In this document: positions 39,499 through 56,860 of the stretch, piece by piece
How positions within the stretch are numbered: the stretch's first letter is position 1
Layout: every line of letters begins with the position of its first letter
DNA from: Eledone cirrhosa
Lineage: Eukaryota
DNA length: 64,000 bases
Direction: 5' to 3'
Assembly (NCBI GenBank): GCA_964016885.1
Contig: OZ024746.1
Location: 15,252,001 to 15,316,000 of the forward strand
Notes under the pieces: generated by a model
Told to the model about the DNA's origin: nothing
The model's database searches: none
The model's input: only the letters and a program-made list of their open reading frames with translations
Program-made: the position numbers and the translations under genes

Positions 39499-39635
39499 CA
39501 AAGGAATTGTGGTAACGAACCAAATGGACCATAACGCACCAGAGTACTCAATACTTAAGGTAGTAGAGTGGGAAATAGAAAAAAGTATGACCCCGACGGC
39601 AGAGTTCAAGCCGTTTTGACGGCTATTTCAGTCCT
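39497..39635 (-). mobile_element. Family D single tailed arm
   Basis: tggaccataacgcaccagagtactcaatactta..gaccccgacggc. Confidence 0.75.
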
Positions 39636-39860
39636 ATATATATATAAATAAAAGAAAAGTTCGCTCTACATGGCTGAATACAACAAATGTAATCTGAGTT
39701 TTTCGAATATTAATAACATTCGATTCGTTTGCAATTATGCAAACAAGCCTCAATTTTATAGCCATGTCAGTAGAGTGAGCACTTCATTCTTGCTCTTGTG
39801 TTGGCATGTGAACAGAACATGCTAACACAAGACCAAGAATGAAGGGTTCTTTAAGATTAC

Positions 39861-39924
<64 letters not shown>

Positions 39925-39927
39925 ATG

Positions 39928-40057
39928 ATTCCTGATGATTTTTCCTGAATGAAACAGTTCTAGTCGTGAAGAAGCCTTTCTATATTAAATACTTATACTC
40001 TGATTTGTATTGAGAACCTTACTCACTGTGGTTACCCCCGATTGAACCCGGGATAAA

Positions 40058-40060
<3 letters not shown>
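39928..40060 (+). mobile_element. Family E pLTR plus tail with HHR-like motif
   Basis: cCTGATGAtttttcctgaatGAAAcagttctagTC; flanked by (TA)n. Confidence 0.6.
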
Positions 40061-40112
<52 letters not shown>

Positions 40113-40419
40113 AATTTTTTAAGGTTGTTTCCGTTGATTTTTTACAAACCAGAATTAGTCGTTCAGTTTACACATTGAGACCCCTATTTATTTTATAACA
40201 TATGAGATATCTTGTAATGTACTTTGTTTGTCATCTATAATGTTTTTAATGTGCAAAAAAAAATAGTCGCAGAAATGCTGACACTTAGATTAAAATTTCG
40301 CTGGAAATAGAGTAACAAAATCTAATGAGGAGGGGGTGTGAGCGTTTGAACAATCTGGAAAATTAATAAGCGTGACATACGATTATTCGAAACCCCAAAG
40401 TACCCATATACATATGTAG

Positions 40420-40459
<40 letters not shown>

Positions 40460-40809
40460 TGTAAGTGATTCAGTGAATTACTGGTAATGGCACCAAAACA
40501 ATCACTCGATATACAGGCAGAGTGTATATATTAATAATAACGATGAGATTTCGTTTACTTATATTTAGATTTTTATTGCGTATCGACCTGGAGAGCAGAT
40601 CGATAATGGAGTGGAGCCCATAAATTCTATGGGTGACCTTGAGACAATCCTCTGCGATCCACAATAAAAAACTAAATACATGTAAACGAAACTTCATCAT
40701 TTTTATTAATATATACATAAATATATATACATATATATATACATGCATATACATACACACACACATATATATACACACACACATATATATATATAGATGC
40801 ATATACATA

Positions 40810-40841
<32 letters not shown>

Positions 40842-40871
40842 CGTTATAGATACATATATATATATATGTGT

Positions 40872-40988
40872 ATTAACGTAGTTCTCAGGGAGATTCAGCG
40901 TGACACAGAAAGTGTCAAGGCTGACCCTTCGAATTACGACCTTACGATTGCCAGCTGAATACCTTAACCACAAAGCCACGCACCTTCA
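40872..40988 (-). mobile_element. tRNA-derived SINE, internally deleted
   Basis: Reverse complement head tgaaggtgcgtggctttgtggttaagg matches the head at 60796. Confidence 0.65.
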
Positions 40989-41085
40989 CACACACACACA
41001 CAGACATATATATACATATATATATATATATACATACATTTGTAAACAAAAATTACTTACACCCACTCATATGTATAACTTAGAA

Positions 41086-41143
<58 letters not shown>

Positions 41144-42502
41144 GAGATATATATGTATGTAGCCTGTATCTGGTTAAATATGCCAATGTGCGGATATATG
41201 TCGAAAGTCATGTTTGTATGTACACGTATAAGTAAATGTGGGTGTATATATATATGTTTATATTTCTATATACTTATGCCGTGTGTGTGAATGTCTACTT
41301 TCTCTGCTTCATCATTAAAATTCTTATCTTGTCTATTGTTTTTGTTTTTAATTCGTGACCCGTATAATCTTGGCTTCTGCTCATGAGGCTCTCACAATAT
41401 ATGTCAGCGGTTCACCCCTTCCAGAGAACTCTCTTTAGATTTAGAAAGGAAAAGCGAGACGGGAAGAAAAAAATGAGATAATTTTATAGGGGAATAAGAA
41501 CGGTGGGGCAATCACTACACCCCCAAGCCAAGTGGTATATCTCACCTGTACCCCGCGTTCTAGATGGCGAAAGCATTGCTGTGGAGAACAACCAGTGACA
41601 TCCGCTGCATCGGTCATTCCACCTTACGGGGTGGGGGTCCTTCTTTAGTTGGGATGCACTCGTCCCGTTTCAATTATTTCTTGCCCTGTTGAATATGTGG
41701 AGACAGTTACATTCCACATTTCAACTACATACCTGTTATTCTCTTATTTAATCTGTCTCTTTATTAATAATCCTCACAATGTTAGACTTAGTTCTAATTA
41801 TCTTCTTTCTAACACATGTTTCAGCGCTCATAACAATTACGAAACGATAAATTACAAACAAAATATTCGGTGTATTTCAGTAATGGCGGCCAAGAATATC
41901 AGCCGGTCAGTGACTAGAGTGATGAAAGACAGTTATAAGAAATTTGATATTAATAGTAAGGCAGCGAATTGGCAGAGTCGTTAAAACGTCGGATAGAATG
42001 CTTTAGTGCATTCGTTCCGGCTCTTTGCCCTAGAAACGCCCTATATCAATGCGACGCCCCTACTGCCCTCCCGACCAGGAGTTACGTGTCCAGACAGACA
42101 GTTATAAATAGTGTGAAATCTTCAATTACTGCGACAGTAAACAATCTCATCAATTTAGACACGGACTATTTCTTTACATGTGATGATAAAACATTCATAT
42201 TGTGTATCTACTGCACTGTTTACCCATCTAACGTTTATTTTCCACATTACTCTACATTTCTGCTGAGTTTCTTATTTCAGATACAGAACATAATACTCAG
42301 AATCTCATGGAAGAGAAAGTCTTACTACCATTTTGAAGTCTGAGATATTTGGAATTTTTACTTAGGTATATTTTGCTGTTCATAAATATTGTTTCTATAC
42401 ATTTTACTGGTTGTAGTTCGGCAAACATTGAAATAGTTTTCTAGATTAACCTGGAAGCGGTCAATATTTTAAGAAGGGACACATGAGTTAATATTTGTAT
42501 AT

Positions 42503-42826
42503 ACTAGCTGGCCCTGTGCCGTAAAAAATGACGGCTAATTGTAATATCTATACATATATAAAGAAGAAATGTTTGTTTGTTTGTTGGTTGGCTGGTTGTT
42601 TGGTTGGCTGGTTGGTTGGATGGTTCCTTCGTGCTCACTCACACAAGTGATACAAACATACAAACACAGCTGTGGCGAATCTTAGAACGCTGGACTTCTA
42701 GAGTTTCTCACCCCACCTTCTTTAGTCAACACATAGATGTGTGTATATTAGACACAATCATCCTTTCCTTCCTCAGTCATCTCTAGTGTGCGACGGTCAA
42801 ATACACAGGGCTATTATATTAATAGA
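42503..42826 (-). mobile_element. Possible non-autonomous Helitron-like element
   Basis: Minus strand starts tctattaatataatagc and ends with hairpin gccgt..acggc followed by ctagt; internal (GTTT/GGTT)n. Confidence 0.45.
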
Positions 42827-42884
42827 TTAATGCAAGATTTTAAAATTTATACACGTTGTACTTTTATTGTTAACCCAAATAAGG

Positions 42885-43101
42885 GCGTGGAATGGCCGTA
42901 GAATTGGTAGAGCGTCGAACATGTTTTGTGGAATGTAATTAAGTCCTTTTACGTTCTGAGTTCAAATCTCACCGAGATTAGCTTTGCCTTTCATCCTTAC
43001 GGGGGTCGATAAAATAAAGCACCAGTAACGCACTGGGGTCGATTTAATCGACCCTCCCCTCCTCCAAAATTGTTGACCTTGTGCCTAAATCAGAAACCAA
43101 T
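42885..43101 (+). mobile_element. SINE family M (long variant)
   Basis: Conserved block. Confidence 0.85.
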
Positions 43102-43214
43102 TAATGTTACATGGAACAGAGTAGAGGTGACATTTGGTTGGAAGTGGTGTTTATCTCTAAAAGAATTACGCCAAGATATTTGGCCCCTGAGAGCCCGAGA
43201 AGTTTGGCCATAGT

Positions 43215-43849
43215 CACTGCCACCCCCTTCATACAGACCCAGCACGTAAAACAATGTGTTCAAAATGTTTTTCAAGGGCACTGCCACCCCCTTCATACAG
43301 ACCCAGCACGTAAAACAATGTGTTCAAAATGTTTTTCAAGGGCACTGCCACCCCCTTCATACAGACCCAGCACGTAAAACAATGTGTTCATAATGTTTTT
43401 CAAGGGCACTGCCACCCCCTTCATACAGACCCAGCACGTAAAACAATGTGTTCATAATGTTTTTCAAGGGCACTGCCGCCCCCTTCATACAGACCCAGCA
43501 CGTAAAACAATGTGTTCATAATGTTTTTCAAGGGCACTGCCACCCCCTTCATACAGACCCAGCACGTAAAACAATGTGTTCAAAATGTTTTTCAAGGGCA
43601 CTGCCACCCCCTTCATACAGACCCAGCACGTAAAACAATGTGTTCAAAATGTTTTTCAAGGGCACTGCCACCCCCTTCATACAGACCCAGCACGTAAAAC
43701 AATGTGTTCAAAATGTTTTTCAAGGGCACTGCCACCCCCTTCATACAGATCCAGCACGTAAAACTAGGTGTTCAAAATGTTTTTCAAGGGCACTGCCACC
43801 CCCTTCATACAGATCCAGCACGTAAAACAATGTGTTCATAATATTTTTC
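43215..43849. repeat. 64-bp minisatellite, about 10 copies
   Basis: cactgccacccccttcatacagacccagcacgtaaaacaatgtgttcaaaatgtttttcaaggg. Confidence 0.95.
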
Positions 43850-44559
43850 AAATTTGTTTGTGTTTTTTTCTCTTTTGCCAATTGATTAAGTTTATATCGA
43901 TGTGTTTTATATTCAGTAATGTGCATTCAAGATGGATTGCTTCAATAAGAAATGTTTGTTTAGAGGGATGATAAGGATTTATTACTCTGTTGTATTTATC
44001 ATTCATCCATTTGGCGGTATTGTTTATAATAGCTAGCAGGGTTTATTCTAAATAATATTGTATATGACTTTATAATGATTGTAGTCATGTACATTGAAAT
44101 GTCAAGGTAAGCTATAAGTTGACAAACCAGAGGTATTGTCTCTTCTAAAGATCACTCTCTCTCTGTTGCGAAGGTCTTTCTAATTGGGTAATCAGGGTTG
44201 ATATTTACATTCGAATGAATAATTAGATCGATAAATTACCTATAGGCCATGTAATTTACTCATACAGAACCTGGTGGGATAGAGTGGAGTGGGGTGACAC
44301 AGATATCCTTGAAACCATAACATACAGAGTGAACTAGGTGGGTGGGGTGACACAGAATATATCCTTGAAGCTATAACGTAACTATTATGTTTTATTTGTA
44401 ATAAACAAAGAAATCACTACAACAACATGGCGGAGGAGGAGAGAAAGGTAGAAGGAGGCTGCACTTAATGTGATCACGTGAACAGAAAACATCCTCTTCA
44501 TTGGCACTAATGCTAACCTTTCTATTTATTTTTATAGTACGCTGTTCCATCTTAAGCTT

Positions 44560-45091
44560 TCACACACATACACACACAAACATACATATATACACATATA
44601 CATGTATACTCACAAGTACACACAAACACGTACACATATGTACACACATAAACACATACATACATATACACAGACATACACACATACATGTGTACTCACA
44701 ACTACACACAAACACATCAATACACACACATATACACACACAAGTGCACTCAAACACATACATATATACACACACGCACATACATATATACGCACAAGTA
44801 CATATACATGTATACCTTCACGCACACACACACATGTATGTACACAAACAACATAAATACACACACATACACATATACACACGTATACTATCTTTTTTTC
44901 CTTATTTCTCTCTTTCTTGCAATCACATATACACATACATACACACACACAGACACACATAAACACACACACACACACACACACATACTATTACTCTCTC
45001 ACTTTCTCTCCCTCTTCCTCTACTACCACCACCACCACCGCTACCACCACCACCACCATCACCACCGTCGCCACCCTTACCATCACCACCA

Positions 45092-45122
<31 letters not shown>

Positions 45123-46186
45123 CGCCACCACCACCACCACCATCACCACCACCGCTACCACCACCACCACCACCACCATCACCACCGTCGCCACCACCAC
45201 CACCACCGCTACCACCACCACCACCACCACCACCCTTACCACCACCACCACCACCACCACCACCACCACCACCACCACCACCATCCTTACCACCACCACC
45301 ACCATCATCCTTACCATCACCACCACCACCATCACCGCCGTCGCCACCACCACCACCACCACTACCACTACCACTACCACCACCACCACCACCACCACCA
45401 CCAGCACCACCACTTACAGACAGACACATACATACCATCGTCTGCCACCGACCCACCCTCTCCACTCAATACCAAAAAAACCTCTTCTACGACAACAACT
45501 CCAACATATTTGTTATATTCCTGCAAAAGACTGGCTGCCATCTTGCCAGGCATTCTTGGTGACGTCAACATTGGAAGCCACAATTCCGATTACAATCTCC
45601 AGTTGGCTATCTCTCTTTTTCTCACTACCCACCCCTCTCTCTTTCACTATCCCCCTCTCTCTCTTTCTCTCACTCTCTCTCTCACTACCCCCCTCTCTCT
45701 TTCACTATCCCCCTCATTCTCTCTCTCTCACTACCCCTTCTCTCTCTTTCTCTCTCTCTCACTGCCCCCCTCTCTCTCTCTTTCTCTCACCCTCTCTCTC
45801 ACTACCCCTCTCTCTCTCTCACTACCCACCCCTCTCTCTTTCACTATCCACCCCCCTCTCTCTCTCTCACAAAACCTCAGATCATTTTACACAATCTGCT
45901 CCATCATTCGCCAAACATAAAACTACTAACATGTCACTCTTATCCCCTCCCCCTTATTTCTCCACCTCCACATCATCATCATCATCATCATCATTAACAT
46001 TAACGGCCGCATCAGCATCATGATCATTATCATACTAGCTCACCTCATCATCGCCATCAACGTCATCGTCATCGGCATCATCGGCATCATCGTCCTCATC
46101 ATCATCATCGACATAGTATTTATGTGAGACAAATCTAGTGTTATAATTTGGACAGTGATATGTCCAATAAGTAAACGATGAACACA

Positions 46187-46270
<84 letters not shown>

Positions 46271-46398
46271 TTCTCACAAACAAATATGTATGTAAAGGTA
46301 TGTATGTTATGTATGTTATGTACGTAACTATATATATATATATATATATTTATATAATTATTTATAGATGTATATATATATTTATTTATTTATAGATG

Positions 46399-46429
<31 letters not shown>

Positions 46430-46620
46430 GTGTATGTATGTATGTGTATGTGTGTGTGTATGTATGTGTATGTATGTGTGTATGTATGTATATATGTATG
46501 TATGTATGTATGTATATATGTAGGTATGTATGTATGTATGTGTGTATGTATGTATGTATGTATGTATGTATGTATGTATGTATGTATGTATGTATGTGTG
46601 TATGTATCAGCATGTGTGTA
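44560..46620. repeat. Mosaic of simple repeats: (CA/CATA)n, (CAC)n, (CT)n, (CAT)n, (TATG)n
   Basis: Direct inspection; gives the poly-H/T/G/V ORFs. Confidence 0.9.
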
Positions 46621-47006
46621 CGTGTGTGCAGGTAACTTGTCAGTTGCTAGCTGCAGCGATTCTGGCATGTAAGAGTCGGTTGGGAAAGAATTATAGGGGT
46701 TGATGAGGCGGGGGTGGGTGGGTGTAGATGGATATGTGAAGAGGGAGAGGTTGGGGAAATGGAGATGCGAAGAGAGAGAGGGGGGAGAGAGAGAGAAGTG
46801 TGGTGAGGGGTGGAGAGTATTAGTTTTCAGCTTTTTATCTTAGCTTAATTATGACTTACTAGAACACACGAAGAAACAATAAAGAGTGTTTTATTGTGCG
46901 TAAGTAACTCCACCCCACCTCTACACCCCACCCACCCCGCCGCATGTTGCCTGATTCTCTGTCTTCCTATCATTCACACGCATATATTTATATGCACACA
47001 TCTATA

Positions 47007-47083
<77 letters not shown>

Positions 47084-47086
47084 ATA

Positions 47087-49390
<2,304 letters not shown>

Positions 49391-49472
49391 TGTCTGTGTT
49401 TATATCTCGTAACTTAGCGGTTTGACAAAAGTGTTGAACAAAGCACTGGAGGTGATGTTGATCTATATCTAA

Positions 49473-49516
<44 letters not shown>

Positions 49517-49712
49517 GAGTCGGTTTTCTCGTTGCTTTGGTCCCTGCGTGTGGCTTACCGGTCGCAATCTTCAATTTGCAAAGCTGTCTGTCTAAACGTA
49601 ATGTTATTACTCTAAGGTAAAATACCTTATTGAGTGCTTAGCTGCACATTCCGATTGATTGCATTCGTTAGCTTAGCTGCAGCCAGAGCTTCGATTATGC
49701 TGAACTTCCATT

Positions 49713-49763
<51 letters not shown>

Positions 49764-49878
49764 GTGTGTGTGTGTGTGTGTGTGTGTGGAGGGATGGATA
49801 TGTGCATCAAAGCATGATTATGTATCAGTTTATCTTTTTTCTTTAATAATTTTTTCATAGACGTAGCCGATCCCTCGG

Positions 49879-50118
49879 ACTCTTACGAAACGCCGAGAGG
49901 ATAAAGTTATCATAAAGAGTGGCGTGCTCATGCAATAAAATAGCTTATAAAATAGGTTGAAGACCCTTAGAATCAGAAAAAGAAGTTGCCATTGACCGCT
50001 TCCTCGTAGCGACCACAGTCAACTTATTTTTCCGTCTCTAAGGGTCTTTACCCTATTTGACAAGCTATATCACACCACTCTTTGTATTAATCCCTCTTTT
50101 CATATCTTCGTAAGAATT
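49879..50118. repeat. Old ~240-bp imperfect fold-back element
   Basis: aaagagtgg..atagctt..aaatagg..aagacccttaga versus tctaagggtctt..cctattt..aagctat..ccactcttt. Confidence 0.7.
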
Positions 50119-50251
50119 CCTCGCAGTTTCGTTTGGAACTTTAAAATCCCTAAAAACATCACCACCTCTAGTCCTCCTCCACATATTCTTCCACAGTATG
50201 TATAGTAAAATGTCGTTAGATGTGTACTGTATTATTTATTGTAGGTGAATC

Positions 50252-50730
50252 TGATAAAGTTGACTTTATCAGGATTTCTGTCAACTTTATCGCCTTTCTT
50301 TGATATTTGATCTTTACGTTTATATAGCATCAATCACGTGATTATTTTAGTTTATGTTGTAATGCTGTGTCTATATTGTCTGCGTGTATATTTTAGAATA
50401 ATGTCGTATAATTTGCAGCAATACTTTCACGTGATATCCAGCCTGAGGAAAGAGTCCCCTGAGGTGGAGTGGCTGACGCAGTGGGTGTCACTGGCTGTTC
50501 TCTGCGACAATGTCCTCACCATTTTTTCCAAAGAGTGCAGTTGAGATATACCACATAGACTGGAGTGTCGAGTCCACGATGTACAGTTGAAATATACCAC
50601 CTTTTACACACAATATACACGTGTTGAACAAAATAAGCATATACCTAATGATATGTAAAATGGCAATCTCAAATAAAGTTGACTGGAATTCTAGCGATAA
50701 AGTCGACTATGATAAAGTCGACAGAAATCA
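50252..50730. mobile_element. MITE-like element with repeated gataaagtYgac terminal motifs
   Basis: gatttctgtcaactttatc (50273) versus gataaagtcgacagaaatc (50711), with motif duplicates at both ends. Confidence 0.55.
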
Positions 50731-50931
50731 ACAGTAATTCATATCCCGAAGATGTGACTGTGAAATCCCAGAAACATTGATGTTAAGTTCAACAATCTTT
50801 GTCTTCGGATGGCTTTCAATTAGGACTCAGACAAGAAAATAGAAGAATAACTTAAACATAAAAAAGTAAAAACGAGATTTTAATAAAGCACATCTAGAAG
50901 AAAAACTGAAATCTCGTTTTTACTTTTTTAT

Positions 50932-50999
<68 letters not shown>

Positions 51000-51142
51000 G
51001 TATATATATATATATATATGGAAAACAGTTTTTCTTCTAGATGTGCTGTATTAAAATCTCGTTTTTACTTTAATATACATATATAAATAAATATATTTAT
51101 ATATAGTGACATATCTTCATGTGAACTTAATGGTATAAGTCC

Positions 51143-51176
<34 letters not shown>

Positions 51177-51178
<2 letters not shown>

Positions 51179-51332
51179 GTATTTTCCGGCGTCGTATTTC
51201 CCTAGATTAAGTCTCATAAATCTACCATGCATCCTGGAGGCCGAAGGTTGTTTATTATTTCTGTTCAAATTTTTTGTTGTCAAAATTGGGGTACGTCATC
51301 GAGGACGAAGCGTGTTCGGCGCCGGGAAATAC

Positions 51333-51334
<2 letters not shown>
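51177..51334. mobile_element. Tc1/mariner-superfamily (pogo/Tc2-like) MITE
   Basis: TIRs ccgtattttccggcg / cgccgggaaatacgg, TA on both sides. Confidence 0.8.
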
Positions 51335-51415
<81 letters not shown>

Positions 51416-51767
51416 TGCGGTGCAGGGGCCCAAGAGACCACTAGCCATGGGAGTGCTCAATGTTTTGGGAGATGCAGAGTGGGTATAGAGATAGGTAAAA
51501 TCCATATCTATCCTCCTCTCTCTCTTTATATATATATATATATATATATGTGTGTATGTGTGTGTGTGTGTGTGTGTGTGCATGTAGGAATGTATGTATG
51601 TAAATATATATATATATATACATATACATATACATATATAAATATACATATACATACATATATATATATATATATACATATACATACATATATATATATA
51701 TATAAATATACATATACATACATATATATATATATATATATACATATACATACATATATATATATAT

Positions 51768-51816
<49 letters not shown>

Positions 51817-51881
51817 TACATATATATACATATATACATATATATACATATATATATATATATACACACATATATATATAC

Positions 51882-51924
<43 letters not shown>

Positions 51925-52035
51925 TATATACATATATATATACATATATATATATATATACACACATATATATACATATATATATACATATATATATATA
52001 TATACACACATATATATACATATATATATATATAC

Positions 52036-52090
<55 letters not shown>

Positions 52091-52153
52091 TATATACATA
52101 TATATATATACATATATATATATACATATGTATATATACATATATACATACAC

Positions 52154-52307
<154 letters not shown>

Positions 52308-52336
52308 ATATATATATATATATGTATATATATATG

Positions 52337-52373
<37 letters not shown>

Positions 52374-52590
52374 GTATATATATATGTATATATATATATA
52401 TGTATATATATATATGTATATATATATGTATATATATATATATATGTATATATATATGTATATATATATATATGTATATATATGTATATATATATGTATA
52501 TATATATATATATGTGTGTTTCTGTTTGTGCGTGTATATGAAATAAATGATACCTCACCACATTATACTATATATACCACATTACACTAA

Positions 52591-52772
52591 TAGTTGTTTC
52601 TACTTTTGGCACAAGGCCAGCAAAATACCCAGTGCATTACTGGTACTTTATTTTATCGACCTCCGTAAGGATGAAAGGCAAAGTTAACCAAATTTGAACT
52701 CAGAATGGCATGGGCCGTAACTCTATGCGTCAAAGCATGGTGTCCGACCCTCTACCAATACTGCCAATCCAC
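52591..52772 (-). mobile_element. SINE family M
   Basis: Conserved block. Confidence 0.85.
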
Positions 52773-52801
52773 CGTAGTGTACTGTGATGTGTTGTAGTGT
52801 A

Positions 52802-55800
52802 ACACCACATCACACTATGCTATATTACACTATAATATACTATACTACACCACATCACACTATGCTATATTACACTATACTATACTACACCACATCACAC
52901 TATACTATATTGCACTACACCACATCACACTATACTATGTATTACACTCTACTACATTATACTACGCCACATCACACTATACTATATTACATTGCATCAC
53001 ATCACACTATACTATACTACATTGCATCACATCACACTATACTATATTACATTGCATCACATCACACTATACTATATTGCACTACACCACATCACACTAT
53101 ACTATGTATTACACTCTACTACATTATACTACGCCACATCACACTATACTATATTACATTGCATCACATCACACTATACTATACTACATTGCATCACATC
53201 ACACTATACTATATTACATTGCATCACATCACACTATACTATATTGCACTACACCATATCACACTATACTATATATTACACTATACTACATTATACTACG
53301 CCACATCACACTATACTATATTACATTGCATCCCATCACACTATACTATATTGCACTACACCACATCACACTATACTATATATTACACTATACTACATTA
53401 TACTACGCCACATCACACTATACTATATTGCACTACACCACATCATACTATACTATATATTACACTATACTATATTATACTACGCCACATCACACTATAC
53501 TATATTACATTGCATCACATCACACTATACTATACTTCATTGCATCACATCACACTATACTATATTGCACTACACCACATCACACTATACTATGTATTAC
53601 ACTCTACTACATTATACTACGCCACATCACACTATACTATATTACATTGCATCACATCACACTATACTATACTACATTGCATCACATCACACTATACTAT
53701 ATTACATTGCATCACATCACACTATACTATATTGCACTACACCATATCACACTATACTATATATTACACTATACTACATTATACTACGCCACATCACACT
53801 ATACTATATTACATTGCATCACATCACACTATACTATATTGCACTACACCACATCACACTATACTATATATTACACTATACTACATTATACTACGCCACA
53901 TCACACTATACTATATTGCACTACACCACATCATACTATACTATATATTACACTATACTATATTATACTACGCCACATCACACTATACTATATTACATTG
54001 CATCACATCACACTATACTATATTACATTGCATCACATCACACTATACTATATTGCACTACACCACATCACACTATACTATATATTACACTATACTACAT
54101 TATACTACGCCACATCACACTATACTATATTACATTGCATCACATCACACTATACTATATTGCACTACACCACATCACACTATACTATATATTACACTAT
54201 ACTACATTATACTACGCCACATCACACTATACTATATTGCACTACACCACATCATACTATACTATATATTACACTATACTATATTATACTACGCCACATC
54301 ACACTATACTATATTACATTGCATCACATCACACTATACTATACTTCATTGCATCACATCACACTATACTATATTGCACTACACCACATCACACTATACT
54401 ATGTATTACACTCTACTACATTATACTACGCCACATCACACTATACTATATTACATTGCATCACATCACACTATACTATACTACATTGCATCACATCACA
54501 CTATACTATATTACATTGCATCACATCACACTATACTATATTGCACTACACCATATCACACTATACTATATATTGCACTATACTACATTATACTACGCCA
54601 CATCACACTATACTATATTACATTGCATCACATCACACTATACTATATTGCACTACACCACATCACACTATACTATATATTACACTATACTACATTATAC
54701 TACGCCACATCACACTATACTATATTGCACTACACCACATCATACTATACTATATATTACACTATACTATATTATACTACGCCACATCACACTATACTAT
54801 ATTACATTGCATCACATCACACTATACTATATTACATTGCATCACATCACACTATACTATATTGCACTACACCACATCACACTATACTATATATTACACT
54901 ATACTACATTATACTACGCCACATCACACTATACTATATTGCACTACACCACATCACACTATACTATATATTACACTATACTACATTATACTACGCCACA
55001 TCACACTATACTATATTGCACTACACCACATCACACTATACAATATATTACACTATACTACATTATACTACGCCACATCACACTATACTATACTACATTG
55101 CATCACATCACACTATACTATATTGCACTACACCACATCATACTATACTATATATTACACTCTACTACATTATACTACGCCACATCACACTATACTATAC
55201 TACATTGCATCACATCACACTATACTATATTGCACTACACCACATCATACTATACTATATATTACACTCTACTACATTATACTACGCCACATCACACTAT
55301 ACTATATTGCACTACACCACATCACACTATACTATATATTACACTCTACTACATTATACTACGCCACATCACACTATACTATATTGCACTACACCACATC
55401 ATACTATACTATATATTACACTATACTATATTATACTACGCCACATCACACTATACTATATTACATTGCATCACATCACACTATACTATATTGCACTACA
55501 CCACATCACACTATACTATATATTACACTATACTACATTATACTACGCCACATCACACTATACTATATTGCACTACACCACATCACACTATACTATATAT
55601 TACACTATACTACATTATACTACGCCACATCACACTATACTATATTGCACTACACCACATCACACTATACTATATATTACACTATACTACATTATACTAC
55701 GCCACATCACACTATACTATATTGCACTACACCACATCATACTATACTATATATTACACTATACTATATTATACTACGCCACATCACACTATACTATATT

Positions 55801-56172
55801 ACATTGCATCACATCACACTATACTATATATTACACTATACTACATTATACTACGCCACATCACACTATACTATATTGCACTACACCACATCACACTATA
55901 CTATATATTACACTATACTACATTATACTACGCCACATCACACTATACTATATTGCACTACACCACATCATACTATACTATATATTACACTATACTATAT
56001 TATACTACGCCACATCACACTATACTATATTACATTGCATCACATCACACTATACTATACTTCATTGCATCACATCACACTATACTATATTGCACTACAC
56101 CACATCACACTATACTATATTGCACTACACCCCATTAAACTATACTATATATTACACTATACTATATTACTC
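52802..56172. repeat. Pentamer-derived satellite with 30- and 47-bp monomers and higher-order duplication
   Basis: Monomers begin cacat-cacac-tatac-tatat; diagnostic variants recur at 488- and 809-bp spacing. Confidence 0.95.
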
Positions 56173-56422
56173 TACTCAATACAACTCTAAACACTGTCAC
56201 AAGATATCATTTCGTCTACCCCAAAACTGATATACTTATTTATACAACCTCAACATCATTACGACGACGACGACGACGACGACGATGACTACCACCACCA
56301 CCAGCCTCGTGTCTCTCCTATTTGTCTTTATTCTAAAGGGAGTCAACACCCTACATCCCTTATAACAACCTCACACCCCGCCATAATATTCTAGTGCAGC
56401 AAAAAGAATGTGTTGCAATAAA

Positions 56423-56463
<41 letters not shown>

Positions 56464-56649
56464 GACTGACAGTATAACAGCAAAAATGACATCATCACAA
56501 CAACTACATCATCATCATGTTACTGCAGTAACACAATAGGGTAGCAACAACAATAACAACACCCGCAGTGATTTTTCAAAACAATATCAATAACTGCAAC
56601 AACAGCAACCAACAGCAACAGGAGTAGCCAAAAACTCAACGATCTGGAT

Positions 56650-56860
56650 CTCTGGCAATGGCACTCGGGAGTGATAATCCCAATTCTCAAAAAGGGAGAC
56701 AATTACAGAGGGATCCCTTGTTAAGCTTCCCCGGTAAAGTCTATGTTAAGTGTCTGGCAAAAAAAAAATGTAAGGAGATTGTCGAGTCCAAACTAGCTGA
56801 CGAACAATGTGGTTTTTCTCCTTGGACACAGAACAACCGACCAAATATTCACACTGCCGC
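56650..56860 (+). mobile_element. RTE LINE RT fragment
   Basis: WHSGVIIPILKKGD.NYRGI.LLSFPGKVYVKCL..EIVESKLADEQCGF. Confidence 0.85.

Noticed and set aside
44688-46023. His-rich 410-aa ORF
   Set aside because: Concatenated (CA)n, (CAC)n and (CT)n repeats.
50745-50790. CCGAAGA..GAAA-cattgatg-TT hammerhead-like motif
   Set aside because: Core substitution plus no stem I pairing.
52784-56230. Three ORFs over 1000 aa as protein-coding genes
   Set aside because: All three frames give the same permuted repeat; the lack of stops follows from satellite composition.
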